A DNA stretch of 64,000 nt from Candidatus Omnitrophota bacterium (GCA_945877765.1 CAMDWQ010000007.1:23024-87023), one strand, 5' to 3'. Numbered from the stretch's first letter, positions 1-10,015 are shown. The notes: generated by a model from the sequence alone, not told the origin. Program-made: numbers and translations.

Positions 1-473
1 TCATCAATCCTAAAGTGTTTCCAGCGGGGTCCACACATTCGACATTTTCTTCCAACACCCTCGGTACGGCTGTGGGGCTAGAAGTGATGAAGCTTTGCGA
101 AGAGATGGATTATGAAAAAGTGGTCGTGGCTAAAGGGAAGCAATTTGTCGCGGGTCTTAAAAAGCTCATGAAAAAATTTCCCAAAGTGATTGGGGATGTG
201 AGCGGGATGGGCATGGCGATACGCATGGAAATTGTCAAACCCGACGGTTACGCGCCGGACCGTGAATTTGCCGACCACATGTTTGCAGAGGGTATGAAAG
301 GCGATTTATTGGGTCCCGGCGGAAAGAAAATGGGTCTTGTGCTCGATGTGGGCGGCTATTACAAGAACGTATTTACTATTGCGCCGGCGTTTGATATCAC
401 GCCAAAAGACATGGATCTGGCAATGGATCTATTTGAGCAACTAATCAAAAGGTGTGTGAAAAAGTATAGGTAA
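1..473 (+). CDS. class-III PLP-dependent aminotransferase, C-terminal fragment; the gene starts upstream of the window
   Basis: ORF 15..473 is open to the window edge. The C-terminal sequence resembles fold-type I class-III aminotransferases (GMGMAIRMEIV...GGYYKNVFTIAPAFDITPKDMDLAMDLFEQ). Exact enzyme (ArgD, GabT or HemL-like) cannot be resolved. Confidence 0.55.
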   Translation, partial: INPKVFPAGSTHSTFSSNTLGTAVGLEVMKLCEEMDYEKVVVAKGKQFVAGLKKLMKKFPKVIGDVSGMGMAIRMEIVKPDGYAPDREFADHMFAEGMKGDLLGPGGKKMGLVLDVGGYYKNVFTIAPAFDITPKDMDLAMDLFEQLIKRCVKKYR

Positions 474-475
474 AT

Positions 476-597
476 TTCCCCTCCTTACGAAGGAGGGGTG
501 GCGCCGAAGGCGACGGGGTGGTTGACGGGTTGTGTTTTATGTGCAAATTCCTACAACCCCTCCGCCTCCGGCACCTCCCCTTTGTAAGGGGAGGAAA
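476..597. repeat. Family A composite palindromic repeat, copy A1
   Basis: Sequence cccctccttacgaaggaggggtgg + cgccgaaggcgacggggtgg ... caacccctccgcctccggcacctcccctttgtaaggggagg. Each half is a hairpin. The same ~125-nt element recurs 8 times in the window. Confidence 0.85.
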
Positions 598-619
598 ATG
601 TTATTAGGATTAAAAACCA

Positions 620-1927
620 ATGAACATCATTTCACTAATCAACAAAATTCCCTTCGGTGAACCCGCCGAAAAAGGCTATTTTCTTTATAAAAATACACCT
701 CAATCCATTTTAAAGAAAATGGAGCGAGATAATTTTATTGGTACGGTGCGGTATGTGGCGGAGCATTCGCCTTTTTATAAAAGAAAATTTGCGGAGCATC
801 ATATTGATGCCTCCAAAGTAAAATCTCCCGAAGACTTGAAGGATTTTTTTACGACGGCTGAGGATATTCGCGCCAATCCTGATGAATTTTTGTGCATGAG
901 GCCGGATACCGCTTATGAGTCGACGGGGACGACATCCAAAAAAACCAAGCGTGTTTATTTTTCCCGCAATGAAGTCCATGAAGCCGGATGGGCGGGAGCT
1001 GTGGGCCTGTGGGGTGTCGGTGTCCGCAAAGAGGACCGCATTGCGAGTGCTTTTGATTATTCGTTTTGGGTCTCTGGGCCGGTGCTCATGGCTTCTTGTC
1101 AGACGCTGGGGTGCTTTCACGTCGAGGCTGGACGCATGGATCCGGATGAGTTTCATGACCGGCTTTTTGATTATAAGATCAGCGTGATCGTCGGGGACCC
1201 CTCTTGGCTTTTGCGTTTTTCCCAGATCGCGGAGAAAAAAGGGACTTGGCCCGTAAAGCTCATGATCGGTGGCGGGGAAAATATGACTGAGGAAACACGC
1301 CGTTACATTGAAAGCGTCTGGAAATGCGATTTTCTTTTAAGCTATGGACAGACAGAAGCGTTTGGCGCTATAGGAATGGAATCTCGTGCAAAAGACGGTT
1401 ATCAACTCAATGAATTTCACAATTTTTTTGAAATTATTGACCGCGATGCTCAAGGGTATGGGGAGCTAGTCTATACGACGGTTAATCGGCGCGTGATGCC
1501 GCTTATTCGGTACAAATCCGGGGATATTACACGTTTTATCGACAAGCCATCAGCGGAAAATTTACCGGGCAGGCGCATTGAGAAACTCAAAGGCCGTGTC
1601 AACGAATGGGTCGCGACAGCAATGGGGAATATAGCGCCCTGGATGTTTGAGCCGATCTTGAGCCCAATTATCGGAATTACTTCCGATTGGCAAATTACTA
1701 TCGAAAAGTCAGGACACTTGGACCGTATGACTGTCACCGCAGAGGCGGAAGCGATTTCAGCCACTGCTTTGCGCGAAAAAATTCTTACGCAGTTTGCGTT
1801 GGTCATGCCCGATGTATGGAAGAATTTTAAAAATGGTTTTTTTGAGATTGACGCACAGGTAGTTCCCAAAAATTCTCTTCGAACTGGACGGAAACTTTTA
1901 CGTATCGTGGATAAAAGGAAATTCTAA
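620..1927 (+). CDS. phenylacetate-CoA ligase (PaaK)/coenzyme F390 synthetase-family adenylate-forming enzyme
   Basis: 435-aa ORF with an AMP-binding-like P-loop (STGTTSKKTKRVYFS) and a YGQTEAFG motif, typical of PaaK-like acyl-CoA ligases. Confidence 0.55.
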   Translation: MNIISLINKIPFGEPAEKGYFLYKNTPQSILKKMERDNFIGTVRYVAEHSPFYKRKFAEHHIDASKVKSPEDLKDFFTTAEDIRANPDEFLCMRPDTAYESTGTTSKKTKRVYFSRNEVHEAGWAGAVGLWGVGVRKEDRIASAFDYSFWVSGPVLMASCQTLGCFHVEAGRMDPDEFHDRLFDYKISVIVGDPSWLLRFSQIAEKKGTWPVKLMIGGGENMTEETRRYIESVWKCDFLLSYGQTEAFGAIGMESRAKDGYQLNEFHNFFEIIDRDAQGYGELVYTTVNRRVMPLIRYKSGDITRFIDKPSAENLPGRRIEKLKGRVNEWVATAMGNIAPWMFEPILSPIIGITSDWQITIEKSGHLDRMTVTAEAEAISATALREKILTQFALVMPDVWKNFKNGFFEIDAQVVPKNSLRTGRKLLRIVDKRKF

Positions 1928-1939
1928 TCCCCTAACCAG

Positions 1940-2932
1940 TCAGGTATTTTTACTGGCGGGTTTTTCCTTAATGAGAGACCAGAGGGTTAGGCCCACCGCG
2001 ATCCAAACAATTTCACGGGCGCGGCGGATGAGTGCAAACGCCAGGCCTGATGCTTGGTTAAAGCCCAACTGCGAGAAGATCAGCATGATGCCGCCTTCTT
2101 GCAGGCCGACGCTTGAAGGGATAAAAAAAGTGACGATGCGTAGAACCTGGATCAGCGATTCCAAAAGCCAGGCTTCGGAAAATCCGATAGGAAGCCCCAT
2201 GAGCCTTCCGACGAAATAAACTTCAAACGCCCCCGCAAACCACGCTAGAAAATTCCAAAATACCGAGAGAAAAAAATTTCTTTTATTGTGCGTGTAAAAT
2301 TTTTTGATATCCTTATCTAATTCGAGAAACTTAGTCTTTTTCTGGTCCGAGTCATGTTTCCACCATTTAAAAATTTCACCCAATTCATGAACTTTTTTAA
2401 AAATCCCCAGATGAAGCCCGCCGATTAAAAGGGCTGCGACAAGACCCAAGACTCCCAAAAAAATAGTCACGCTTTGCCAGAGCACCGGTGTCAGGGGCAT
2501 GGTTTTAAGCGTTGCCAAAATGCCACCGATCACAAAAAGATTCAGCGACACATAAAAGGTGGTGTGAACGATTAAAAGAGACGCGTAACCCTCAGCAAGG
2601 GGAACCCCGTGGCGTCTTTTTAAAAAATCCGCTTTGACAGGTTCGCCGCCCAGCGATGCGGAAAAGGGAATAATTTCGTTTAAAGTTTCGCCGATGATGC
2701 GGATCACGTATAGATCCGTCCAGGGGATGTGTTTGGGCAGGTTTCGGGGGAACGAATACAGCCAACCCAGCGTATTAAACGCGTAAATAAAAGGATAGAC
2801 GAGAAGAACCGGTAGTAGCGGCCACCCGATCCGATGGATATTTTCCCAGATGGCTCCCAGTCCCACTTGGCGGATGGTGAAATACAGAACGTAAAAACCA
2901 AGGCATAAAAGGGCCAGCTTCACCCAGCGCAT
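1940..2932 (-). CDS. integral membrane protein, UPF0104/lysyl-PG-synthase-TM (flippase-like) family
   Basis: Multi-TM hydrophobic ORF. The track ORF extends to 3001, but its first 23 codons overlap uppP; the internal Met (MRWVKLALL) at ~2932 avoids the overlap. Confidence 0.4.
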   Translation of the reverse strand: MRWVKLALLCLGFYVLYFTIRQVGLGAIWENIHRIGWPLLPVLLVYPFIYAFNTLGWLYSFPRNLPKHIPWTDLYVIRIIGETLNEIIPFSASLGGEPVKADFLKRRHGVPLAEGYASLLIVHTTFYVSLNLFVIGGILATLKTMPLTPVLWQSVTIFLGVLGLVAALLIGGLHLGIFKKVHELGEIFKWWKHDSDQKKTKFLELDKDIKKFYTHNKRNFFLSVFWNFLAWFAGAFEVYFVGRLMGLPIGFSEAWLLESLIQVLRIVTFFIPSSVGLQEGGIMLIFSQLGFNQASGLAFALIRRAREIVWIAVGLTLWSLIKEKPASKNT

Positions 2933-2951
2933 CACAAGAATTTCTCCAAAA

Positions 2952-3719
2952 TCAAAGAAAAAACCACAAAAGAACGGCGGCGAAAATCCGGTAGACGCCA
3001 AACACCACTAGATTGAACCGCTGAACAAAGCCGATGAATAATTTGATGCTAAGAATGGCGACTGCAAATGAAATTAGACAGCCCAGCGCCAGAGAGCCCC
3101 ACTCGGCAGAGGTGAATGCGTACGAGCTTTTCATCAAATCCAAAGCCGTCGCGGCTAGAAGCGTGGGCACCGCCAATAGAAATGAGAATTCGACAATCGT
3201 TTTACGTTGGATGCCAAGGCTTAAGCCTCCCAGAATGGTAGCGGCGGAGCGAGATACGCCCGGGATCACGGCAAAGGCCTGAAAAAATCCGATGAGAATC
3301 GCTTTGGGGTAGGGGATACGCGAAACGTCGTCCACAGAGTCCTTTTTTTCACGGTGATTTATTTCCAAGAAAATGAGGATGAAGCCGCCGATAAAAAGGG
3401 TGGCAATGACTACCATGGAATTCCCCAGCAAAAATTTTTTGATAAATTTGTATAGCAAAAAACCAATCACGGCGGTAGGAATGAAGGCGGCGATGATGCG
3501 CTTGACGGATTCAATATCAACGAACAAACGTTTCCAATAAAGAACGATGACGGAAAAAATGGTGCCGGCTTGAATGGCGATAATAAAGCTCTTCAAAAAT
3601 TCAGTCTCGGGAAGTTGGAGGAGGTTGCCTGCCAGAATTAAATGCCCAGTGGAAGAGACCGGAAGAAATTCCGTGATGCCCTCAACGAGGCTTAGAATAA
3701 AGATATGGAATAAGCTCAA
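2952..3719 (-). CDS. uppP: undecaprenyl-diphosphatase
   Basis: N-terminus MSLFHIFILSLVEGITEFLPVSSTGHL and internal PGVSRSAAT motifs are diagnostic of UppP/BacA. Confidence 0.9.
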   Translation of the reverse strand: MSLFHIFILSLVEGITEFLPVSSTGHLILAGNLLQLPETEFLKSFIIAIQAGTIFSVIVLYWKRLFVDIESVKRIIAAFIPTAVIGFLLYKFIKKFLLGNSMVVIATLFIGGFILIFLEINHREKKDSVDDVSRIPYPKAILIGFFQAFAVIPGVSRSAATILGGLSLGIQRKTIVEFSFLLAVPTLLAATALDLMKSSYAFTSAEWGSLALGCLISFAVAILSIKLFIGFVQRFNLVVFGVYRIFAAVLLWFFL

Positions 3720-3803
3720 AAAATACGCCCCTTCATGCGCGTGATTATAGCATAACGGACGAGGGTTGTGAGTGCCCCCTAAATTAGGTAGAATAGGGGA
3801 CTT

Positions 3804-5708
3804 ATGTGCGGCATATTCGGCTACTCAGGCAACAAACAGGCGCAAGGCCTTGTGATCCAGGGTTTGAAACACTTGGAATACAGAGGGTACGATTCCTCAG
3901 GCATTGCGATGCAGACTCATTCCCACAAGATTCTGATTGAAAAAACGCATGGCAAAATCAAAAACCTTGAAGCGACTTTAAAAAATAATCCTTTGTCGGG
4001 GACAACGGCCATCGGCCATACGCGGTGGGCGACCCACGGGATTCCTACTCCTGAAAATGCGCACCCGCACTTAAATGAATCCGATGAATTGGCGGTGGTG
4101 CACAACGGCATCATTGAAAATTATTTTGAATTGAAACAAGCCCTGCAGAAACAGGGTGTGCGTTTCCGGTCCGAGACGGATACTGAAGTCATTGTCCATT
4201 TGGTCGCCAAGTATTACAAAGGCAATCTCGAAGAAGCGGTGCGCCGCACGCTCAAGGATTTAAAGGGGACTTACGCGATTGCGGTCATTTCCTCCAGCGA
4301 ACCGGGAAAAATTGTTGCCGCGAAGATGGACAGCCCGCTAGTCATTGGCTCGACGAAAAAGGAAAGTTATCTAGCCAGCGACATCTCAGCCCTTCTCGAA
4401 CACACCAACCATGTGACATTTATCGAAAATGGCGATGTGGTCACGATGAACCAAGGTAGTTTTTCGATTACCGATATTGCGGGGAAAAAAATTTCACGGC
4501 CGGTGATGAAAATTGACTGGGATATTACGCAAGCCAAAAAGGGCGGTTACCAGCATTTCATGCTCAAGGAGATTTTTGAGCAGCCCGGAATTTTGACGGC
4601 TATTTTAAAAGAGCGAATTCGCGGGGGTGCCATTTATTTTGATGAGCTTAAAATTACGGCAGCGCAGTTTAAAAAGATTAAGCGGATTTTTATTATTGCT
4701 TGCGGCACGGCATACCATGCGGGCTTGACTGCCAAATATATTTTAGAGGACTTAGCCGGTATCCCGGTTTCCATTGATACCTCCAGCGAGTTTCGTTACC
4801 GTGATCCAAAAGTGGATAAAAGTACGTTGGTCATTGTTGTTTCGCAGAGCGGCGAAACGGCTGATACGCTGGCGGGTTTGAGGGAGGCCAAGGCGAAGGG
4901 CGCTATGACACTGGCGATCTGCAATGTGCTGGCAAGTTCTATCGCCCGCGAGGCTAAGGGAGTCATTTATACGCACGCGGGACCTGAAATCGCGGTGGCT
5001 TCGACCAAGGCATTTACCGCACAGCTGACGGTGTTAAGCCTTTTTGCGTTTTACCTAGGCGCTTTGTTCAAAACAATAAGCCCTAAAAAGGAAAAAGCGC
5101 TCTTAAAAGAGCTTTTGCTGACCCCTCACCGTATCCAGAAAATCCTGGATGGTTACAAAAAAGAAGAAGCCACCTGGAAGAAGAATGTGCATAACTTCAA
5201 CATCCATTACCACACCCAGCTTGAAAAATATTTTTCTGCCAAAAATCACGAACGCAAGCGCTCACCCAATGGACTTTTTTTATATTTGGGGCGCAACATC
5301 AATTATCCCATCGCTCTGGAAGGCGCTTTAAAACTTAAAGAAATTGCTTACATCCCAGCGGAGGGCTACCCGGCAGGAGAGATGAAGCATGGCCCGATTG
5401 CGCTGATTGATGAAAATCCCTGGGTGATATGCCTGGTGCCTGAATCTAAAACTTATGACAAGATGATTTCCAATATTCAGGAAATTCGCGCGCGCGGCGG
5501 GCGCATTATTCCGATTGTGACCGAGGGGGATAAGAAGATAGAGCGTCTGAATCCTGTGTTTACGATTGAAGTCCCCAAAACACCTGAGATTTTCTCGCCA
5601 CTCCTGACGGTCATTCCACTTCAGCTTTTTGCGTATTTGGTGGCTTTGGAATTTGGAGAAGATATTGATCAGCCGCGCAACTTGGCGAAATCGGTGACGG
5701 TGGAATAA
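3804..5708 (+). CDS. glmS: glutamine--fructose-6-phosphate aminotransferase (isomerizing)
   Basis: MCGIFGY Ntn-glutaminase start; two SIS domains; C-terminal ...VTVE. Confidence 0.95.
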   Translation: MCGIFGYSGNKQAQGLVIQGLKHLEYRGYDSSGIAMQTHSHKILIEKTHGKIKNLEATLKNNPLSGTTAIGHTRWATHGIPTPENAHPHLNESDELAVVHNGIIENYFELKQALQKQGVRFRSETDTEVIVHLVAKYYKGNLEEAVRRTLKDLKGTYAIAVISSSEPGKIVAAKMDSPLVIGSTKKESYLASDISALLEHTNHVTFIENGDVVTMNQGSFSITDIAGKKISRPVMKIDWDITQAKKGGYQHFMLKEIFEQPGILTAILKERIRGGAIYFDELKITAAQFKKIKRIFIIACGTAYHAGLTAKYILEDLAGIPVSIDTSSEFRYRDPKVDKSTLVIVVSQSGETADTLAGLREAKAKGAMTLAICNVLASSIAREAKGVIYTHAGPEIAVASTKAFTAQLTVLSLFAFYLGALFKTISPKKEKALLKELLLTPHRIQKILDGYKKEEATWKKNVHNFNIHYHTQLEKYFSAKNHERKRSPNGLFLYLGRNINYPIALEGALKLKEIAYIPAEGYPAGEMKHGPIALIDENPWVICLVPESKTYDKMISNIQEIRARGGRIIPIVTEGDKKIERLNPVFTIEVPKTPEIFSPLLTVIPLQLFAYLVALEFGEDIDQPRNLAKSVTVE

Positions 5709-5713
5709 TGTTA

Positions 5714-5845
5714 TTTCCCCTCCTTTCGAAGGAGGGGTGGTTGCGAAGCAACCGGGGTGGTTGAAGCTCTATTGTCCATGTACACATGTGTAAACCCCCA
5801 CAACCCCTCCGCCTTCGGCACCTCCCCTTCGTAAGGGGAGGAAAA
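5714..5845. repeat. Family A repeat, copy A2
   Basis: tttcccctcctttcgaaggaggggtgg ... caacccctccgccttcggcacctccccttcgtaaggggagg. Fills the glmS-rsmI intergenic space from stop codon to RBS. Confidence 0.85.
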
Positions 5846-5870
5846 CACGTTAATAGGAAAGTAAATTTCA

Positions 5871-6617
5871 ATGAGTGGAATTTTATATTTAGTGGCGACG
5901 CCGATTGGTAATCTTGGCGATCTTTCTATTCGCGCGATTGAGACACTCAAGAAAGTGGATCTCATCGCATGCGAAGATACCCGCCACTCCAAAGTGCTTT
6001 TGACGCATTATGGCATCAACAAGCCGTTGGTGAGCTACTTTGATTTTTCGGAGAAGCAGAAGACGCCCTATTTGGTGGAAAAAATGAAAAATGGCGCTAG
6101 TATCGCGCTCATTTCTGATGCGGGGACGCCGGGGATTGCGGATCCGGGGTATCGGCTGATTCGGGAGGCGATAGCTCAAGGGGTACGTGTGGAGTCTTTG
6201 CCGGGAGCGGCGGCGTTTTTGACGGCGCTTACGGTGTCGGGACTGCCTCCGGACCGATTTATTTTTGAGGGATTTTTTCCGGTCAAGGACGGCCAGAAAA
6301 AGAAACTTCTTTTGTCGCTGGCTCAAGAAGAAAGAACCGTTATTTTTTACGAATCACCGCATCGGCTGCTTAAGACACTCGAGGCTATTCGTGAAACGCT
6401 GGGCGATATACAACTAGTGGTTGCGCGGGAGCTTACAAAGAAATTTGAGGAAGTGTTGAGGGGACCCGTTAGCGGCGCTATTGAGCATTTCTCCTCGAAA
6501 AAGATATTGGGAGAATTTGTGATATTATGGTCTGCGAAACCTAATTTGTCATTCCCGCGAAAGCGGGAATCTGCGTCCAGTGATGATCCTCGCTTCCGCG
6601 AGGATGACAAGGGTTAA
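5871..6617 (+). CDS. rsmI: 16S rRNA (cytidine1402-2'-O)-methyltransferase
   Basis: MSGILYLVATPIGNLGDLSIRAIETLKKVDLIACEDTRHS tetrapyrrole-methylase fold. The last ~22 codons are encoded by a Family C repeat. Confidence 0.85.
   Translation: MSGILYLVATPIGNLGDLSIRAIETLKKVDLIACEDTRHSKVLLTHYGINKPLVSYFDFSEKQKTPYLVEKMKNGASIALISDAGTPGIADPGYRLIREAIAQGVRVESLPGAAAFLTALTVSGLPPDRFIFEGFFPVKDGQKKKLLLSLAQEERTVIFYESPHRLLKTLEAIRETLGDIQLVVARELTKKFEEVLRGPVSGAIEHFSSKKILGEFVILWSAKPNLSFPRKRESASSDDPRFREDDKG
6548..6612. repeat. Family C double-hairpin repeat, copy C1
   Basis: gtcattcccgcgaaagcgggaat + gatcctcgcttccgcgaggatgac. Overlaps the rsmI 3' end. Confidence 0.8.
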
Positions 6618-6619
6618 CA

Positions 6620-7048
6620 ATGAAAGATATCCATTTTCGCGTCTGGCATCTCCAAGAAAAAAAGATGTATTACCGCGGGTATCAGAAGTTTTTGCACGTG
6701 CTTCTTTGCGAGGATGACCACGGCGAAAATGAGGGAAAGGGGACGCCGGCCCGACGCGCCTCATATGGTGATTGTATTTTTTTGGAGAGCACAGGGCTTT
6801 TTGATCGGCGCCAGAAGGAAATTTTTGAAGGGGATATCGTCCGGGTTGGCTACAAAGACCGGGAGTTTGAGGGGATTGTTGAGGAAATTCCCGATACGTT
6901 TGGCGCGGCCAAGGTGCATCCGCTGCACAATATTTTAAAGAAAAATGGAATTTTGGGTTATCCAGAAAATCTGAATTTAGAAGTGCTTGGCAATGAATAC
7001 GAGCAGAATGTGTCGTCCCCGAAATCTTTTATCGGGGATCAAACCTGA
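6620..7048 (+). CDS. YopX-family phage-derived protein
   Basis: MKDIHFRVWHLQEKKMYY ... STGLFDRRQKEIFEGDIV ... EVLGNEYEQN matches the YopX (PF09643) pattern (F-R-A-W-D...M-Y, STGL-D-N-G-IYEGDI, EVIGNIYEN). The last ~11 codons lie in repeat B1. Confidence 0.5.
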   Translation: MKDIHFRVWHLQEKKMYYRGYQKFLHVLLCEDDHGENEGKGTPARRASYGDCIFLESTGLFDRRQKEIFEGDIVRVGYKDREFEGIVEEIPDTFGAAKVHPLHNILKKNGILGYPENLNLEVLGNEYEQNVSSPKSFIGDQT

Positions 7049-7083
7049 GTTTGATTCCCGATTAAAGCATTCGGGAATGACGA
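7012..7083. repeat. Family B double-hairpin repeat, copy B1 (inverted orientation)
   Basis: gtcgtccccgaaatcttttatcggggat caaacctga gtttgattcccgattaaagcattcgggaatgacg. Confidence 0.8.
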
Positions 7084-7105
7084 ATGGCGTGACAATGGGA
7101 CTAAC

Positions 7106-9844
7106 ATGATGACAGCTGAATTAGCGCAAAAATCAGGTTCATTTTCCGCACTGCGCCGGGATGTACGTTTTCTGACAACTCTTCTGGGGAATGTGATCCT
7201 TGATCAAGAGAGCGAGAAGCTTTTTGCCAAAATTGAAGAGATTCGCCGCCTCGCCAAAGACATTCGCCGCAATCCTCAGGCGGATTCGATCGCCGAACAG
7301 AAGAAAATTATCCGCTCACTTTCTCCTGAAGACGCTTACAAAGTAGCCCGTGCGTTCACGATCTATTTTCAGCTGGTCAATATTGCCGAAGAAGCGCAGC
7401 GTGTGCGCCGCATTCGTGACTACGAAAAAGATCCCACCCTTTTTCAGGATATGTCCCTGCGTAAACTTTTCCATGACTTAAAGACCCAAGGTCTTTCGGC
7501 TGGAGAGGTAGCAAAGTTTATGCAAAAGATGCATATCGAACTTGTGCTGACGGCGCACCCGACCGAGGCTAAGCGCCGTACCGTGTTGGATCATCTCTTA
7601 AGAATTGCGTCCAACCTTTTAGCTATCGATAAACAAGATCTGACGTTTTACGAAAAAGAAAACGCCATGAACCAGATCAAGAGCACACTTGAGATTCTCT
7701 GGCAAACCTCCGAGGTTCGTCAGAGAAAAGTCGAAGTCCTTGATGAGGTCAATCAGACTCTTTTTTATTTTCAACGTACCATCTTGGACCTTCTGCCCGA
7801 TCTGCAGCAAAAAATTTGCCAGGAATTTCGCAATGCCTTTGGCACCCATAATTACGAAATCAAACCCTTCTTAGAGTTTGGTTCCTGGGTGGGCGCGGAC
7901 CGTGACGGAAATCCTTTTGTTACCTGCGACGTGACGAAAAAAACAGCTTCGTTGCAAAAAAACCTGATTTTGCAGAAATATCTCACCTCGATTGAAGATT
8001 TGATCCGCAAATATAGCCAGTCGCAGGTTTTTGTGAAGGCTTCCAAACAACTCACCGAATCCCTGGCGGAGGATGCCAAGCTTCTGCCGGAGCTGGCCAA
8101 GGAGCTGGGGCAGTTTGAGCTGGATGAAATATACCGCAAGAAATTTTCATTCATCCATCAGAAGCTTGAGAATACGCTGAAGAAAAAGAAGCCGTTTTAT
8201 GCGGGCGCGGATCAGTTTCTGGAAGATTTGACGATTGTGCGCGAGAGCTTGAAATCGCATCAAGGCCTTTTAGCGGTGATCGATGTCGACCGCCTGATTG
8301 ATGTGGTCCGTTTTTTTGGTTTTCATCTGGCCAAACTTGATTTTCGTGACCATTCTAAGAAAATTCGCGGTTTATTCTCCGAACTTTTCCCCGAAGGTGA
8401 GTTTACTGAAGATTTTATTGTGAAGAAAATCCTTTCTCCAGCCAAACTTTTACCTGCCTCTCAGTTGGCGGCGACGTCCCGCGATATTTTGGATCAATTG
8501 ACTGCTATGCGTTTTATTCAGGAGCGTATCGATGCTAAAGCCGTAGGAGATTACATCATCAGCATGACCGAGGGGCCCGCGGATGTCTTAGCCCTTTTTT
8601 ATCTGGCCCAAGCCAAGGGGTTGATCCATGTTTCCCGAAAAAAAGTTAAAAGCAGCTTCATTGGCATTATTCCTCTCTTTGAAACTATAGCCGCACTTGA
8701 TGAAGCTGCTCAGGTGATGGATAAACTTTTCTCGATCCCGATTTACCGCTCGTATCTAGAATCCCGGGGTTGTGTGCAGGAGGTGATGCTGGGCTATTCA
8801 GATTCTAGCAAAGACGGCGGTTATCTAACCGCCAACTGGAAATTATACATCGCACAAAAAAAATTAGCGGAGACGGCGCTGCGCCACGGAATTAAGCTTG
8901 AGCTTTTCCACGGCAAAGGAGGCACGATTGACCGGGGCGGCGGAGAGTCGCACAAGGCAATTTTGGCCCAGCCTTATGCTGCTTCGGACGGAAGGATTAA
9001 AGTCACTGAACAGGGGGAGGTCGTGGCGCAAAAGTACGCCAATGCCGTGATTGCTCAGAGGAATCTCGAACAAATGGTGACGGCCGTAGCCTGGACCAAC
9101 CTGGTCAGTAAAAAAGAAGTGGAGAATAATTCTAAAATATCCGTGTGGGAAACGCATATGGAGCGGTTGTCCGAGCTGTCGATTATTTTTTATCGCAAGC
9201 TCGTGTTTGGGACGCCCGGATTTTTGGATTTTTATCATGAGGCGACGCCGATTCGGGTGCTCAAGATGACTAAAATAGGTTCGCGGCCCGCAACGCGCGG
9301 CAGCAAGCAGTCGTTTGAAGAACTTCGCGCGATTCCTTGGGTTTTTAGCTGGATTCAGTCGCGCTATATTATTTCTGCGTGGTATGGCATGGGCTATGCG
9401 ATTGAGACTTATATTAAGGAGAGGGGCGGTCAAGGGCTCTCAGAACTTCAAGAGATGTATCAAGAGTGGCCTTTTTTCAGTTCCTTGATTCATAATCTCC
9501 AGATGTCGCTTGCCAAAACCGATCTTCATACCGCCCAACAGTACGCGGCGCTGGTTAAAGATACAGGCTTAAGTCAATCAATTCACGCGGAAATAACTAC
9601 CGAATTTAAACGGGCAGTAGACAACGTTCTGGAAATTTCTTCTCAAAAAGAGTTACTAGATTATCATCGAGTTTTGAAAGATTCGATCCGCCTGCGCAAT
9701 CCTTACGTGGATCCGCTCAATTATATTCAAATTCGTTTTTTAAGCGAACTTAAAGAGGGTGCCGAAAAAAAACATGAAATGATTGATGAGATTCTACTTT
9801 TAACGGTCAATGGAATTGCTTTCGGGATGAAAAGTACAGGGTAA
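7106..9844 (+). CDS. ppc: phosphoenolpyruvate carboxylase
   Basis: 912 aa with VLTAHPTE and GYSDSSKDGG catalytic motifs and C-terminal ...GMKSTG. Confidence 0.93.
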   Translation: MMTAELAQKSGSFSALRRDVRFLTTLLGNVILDQESEKLFAKIEEIRRLAKDIRRNPQADSIAEQKKIIRSLSPEDAYKVARAFTIYFQLVNIAEEAQRVRRIRDYEKDPTLFQDMSLRKLFHDLKTQGLSAGEVAKFMQKMHIELVLTAHPTEAKRRTVLDHLLRIASNLLAIDKQDLTFYEKENAMNQIKSTLEILWQTSEVRQRKVEVLDEVNQTLFYFQRTILDLLPDLQQKICQEFRNAFGTHNYEIKPFLEFGSWVGADRDGNPFVTCDVTKKTASLQKNLILQKYLTSIEDLIRKYSQSQVFVKASKQLTESLAEDAKLLPELAKELGQFELDEIYRKKFSFIHQKLENTLKKKKPFYAGADQFLEDLTIVRESLKSHQGLLAVIDVDRLIDVVRFFGFHLAKLDFRDHSKKIRGLFSELFPEGEFTEDFIVKKILSPAKLLPASQLAATSRDILDQLTAMRFIQERIDAKAVGDYIISMTEGPADVLALFYLAQAKGLIHVSRKKVKSSFIGIIPLFETIAALDEAAQVMDKLFSIPIYRSYLESRGCVQEVMLGYSDSSKDGGYLTANWKLYIAQKKLAETALRHGIKLELFHGKGGTIDRGGGESHKAILAQPYAASDGRIKVTEQGEVVAQKYANAVIAQRNLEQMVTAVAWTNLVSKKEVENNSKISVWETHMERLSELSIIFYRKLVFGTPGFLDFYHEATPIRVLKMTKIGSRPATRGSKQSFEELRAIPWVFSWIQSRYIISAWYGMGYAIETYIKERGGQGLSELQEMYQEWPFFSSLIHNLQMSLAKTDLHTAQQYAALVKDTGLSQSIHAEITTEFKRAVDNVLEISSQKELLDYHRVLKDSIRLRNPYVDPLNYIQIRFLSELKEGAEKKHEMIDEILLLTVNGIAFGMKSTG

Positions 9845-9850
9845 GGGGAG

Positions 9851-9997
9851 TGTCATTCCCGAAAGTATTTGTCGGGAATCAAACCTGTACATGATCCCCG
9901 ATTAAAGATCTCGGGGATGACACTGGGTGGTGTTCGGGGATGACACTGGGTGGTGTTCGGGGATGACACTGGGTGGTGTTCAAGGATGACAAATAGG
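9851..9997. repeat. Family B repeat copy B2 followed by a 23-nt tandem repeat (~3.5 units)
   Basis: gtcattcccgaaagtatttgtcgggaatcaaacctgtacatgatccccgattaaagatctcggggatgacac, then (ggggatgacactgggtggtgttc)x3 + degenerate aaggatgacaaatagg. Confidence 0.85.
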
Positions 9998-10015
9998 TAT
10001 AAATAGAATGGATAT

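Noticed and set aside
710-1156. Antisense and overlapping small ORFs from the track inside confidently assigned genes (e.g. 710-1156 -, 8864-9433 -, 43190-43924 -, 44267-44800 -, 54634-55230 -, 21385-21786 -)
   Set aside because: These are shadow ORFs on the opposite strand of strongly conserved genes (paaK-like, ppc, glmU, prs, fabZ/lpxA, purB), with no sequence features of real proteins.
3720-3803. glmS ribozyme upstream of glmS
   Set aside because: Only ~84 nt of intergenic sequence, divergent from uppP, and no recognisable ribozyme core (the P2.1 pseudoknot or GlcN6P pocket region). Also not expected outside Firmicutes-like lineages.
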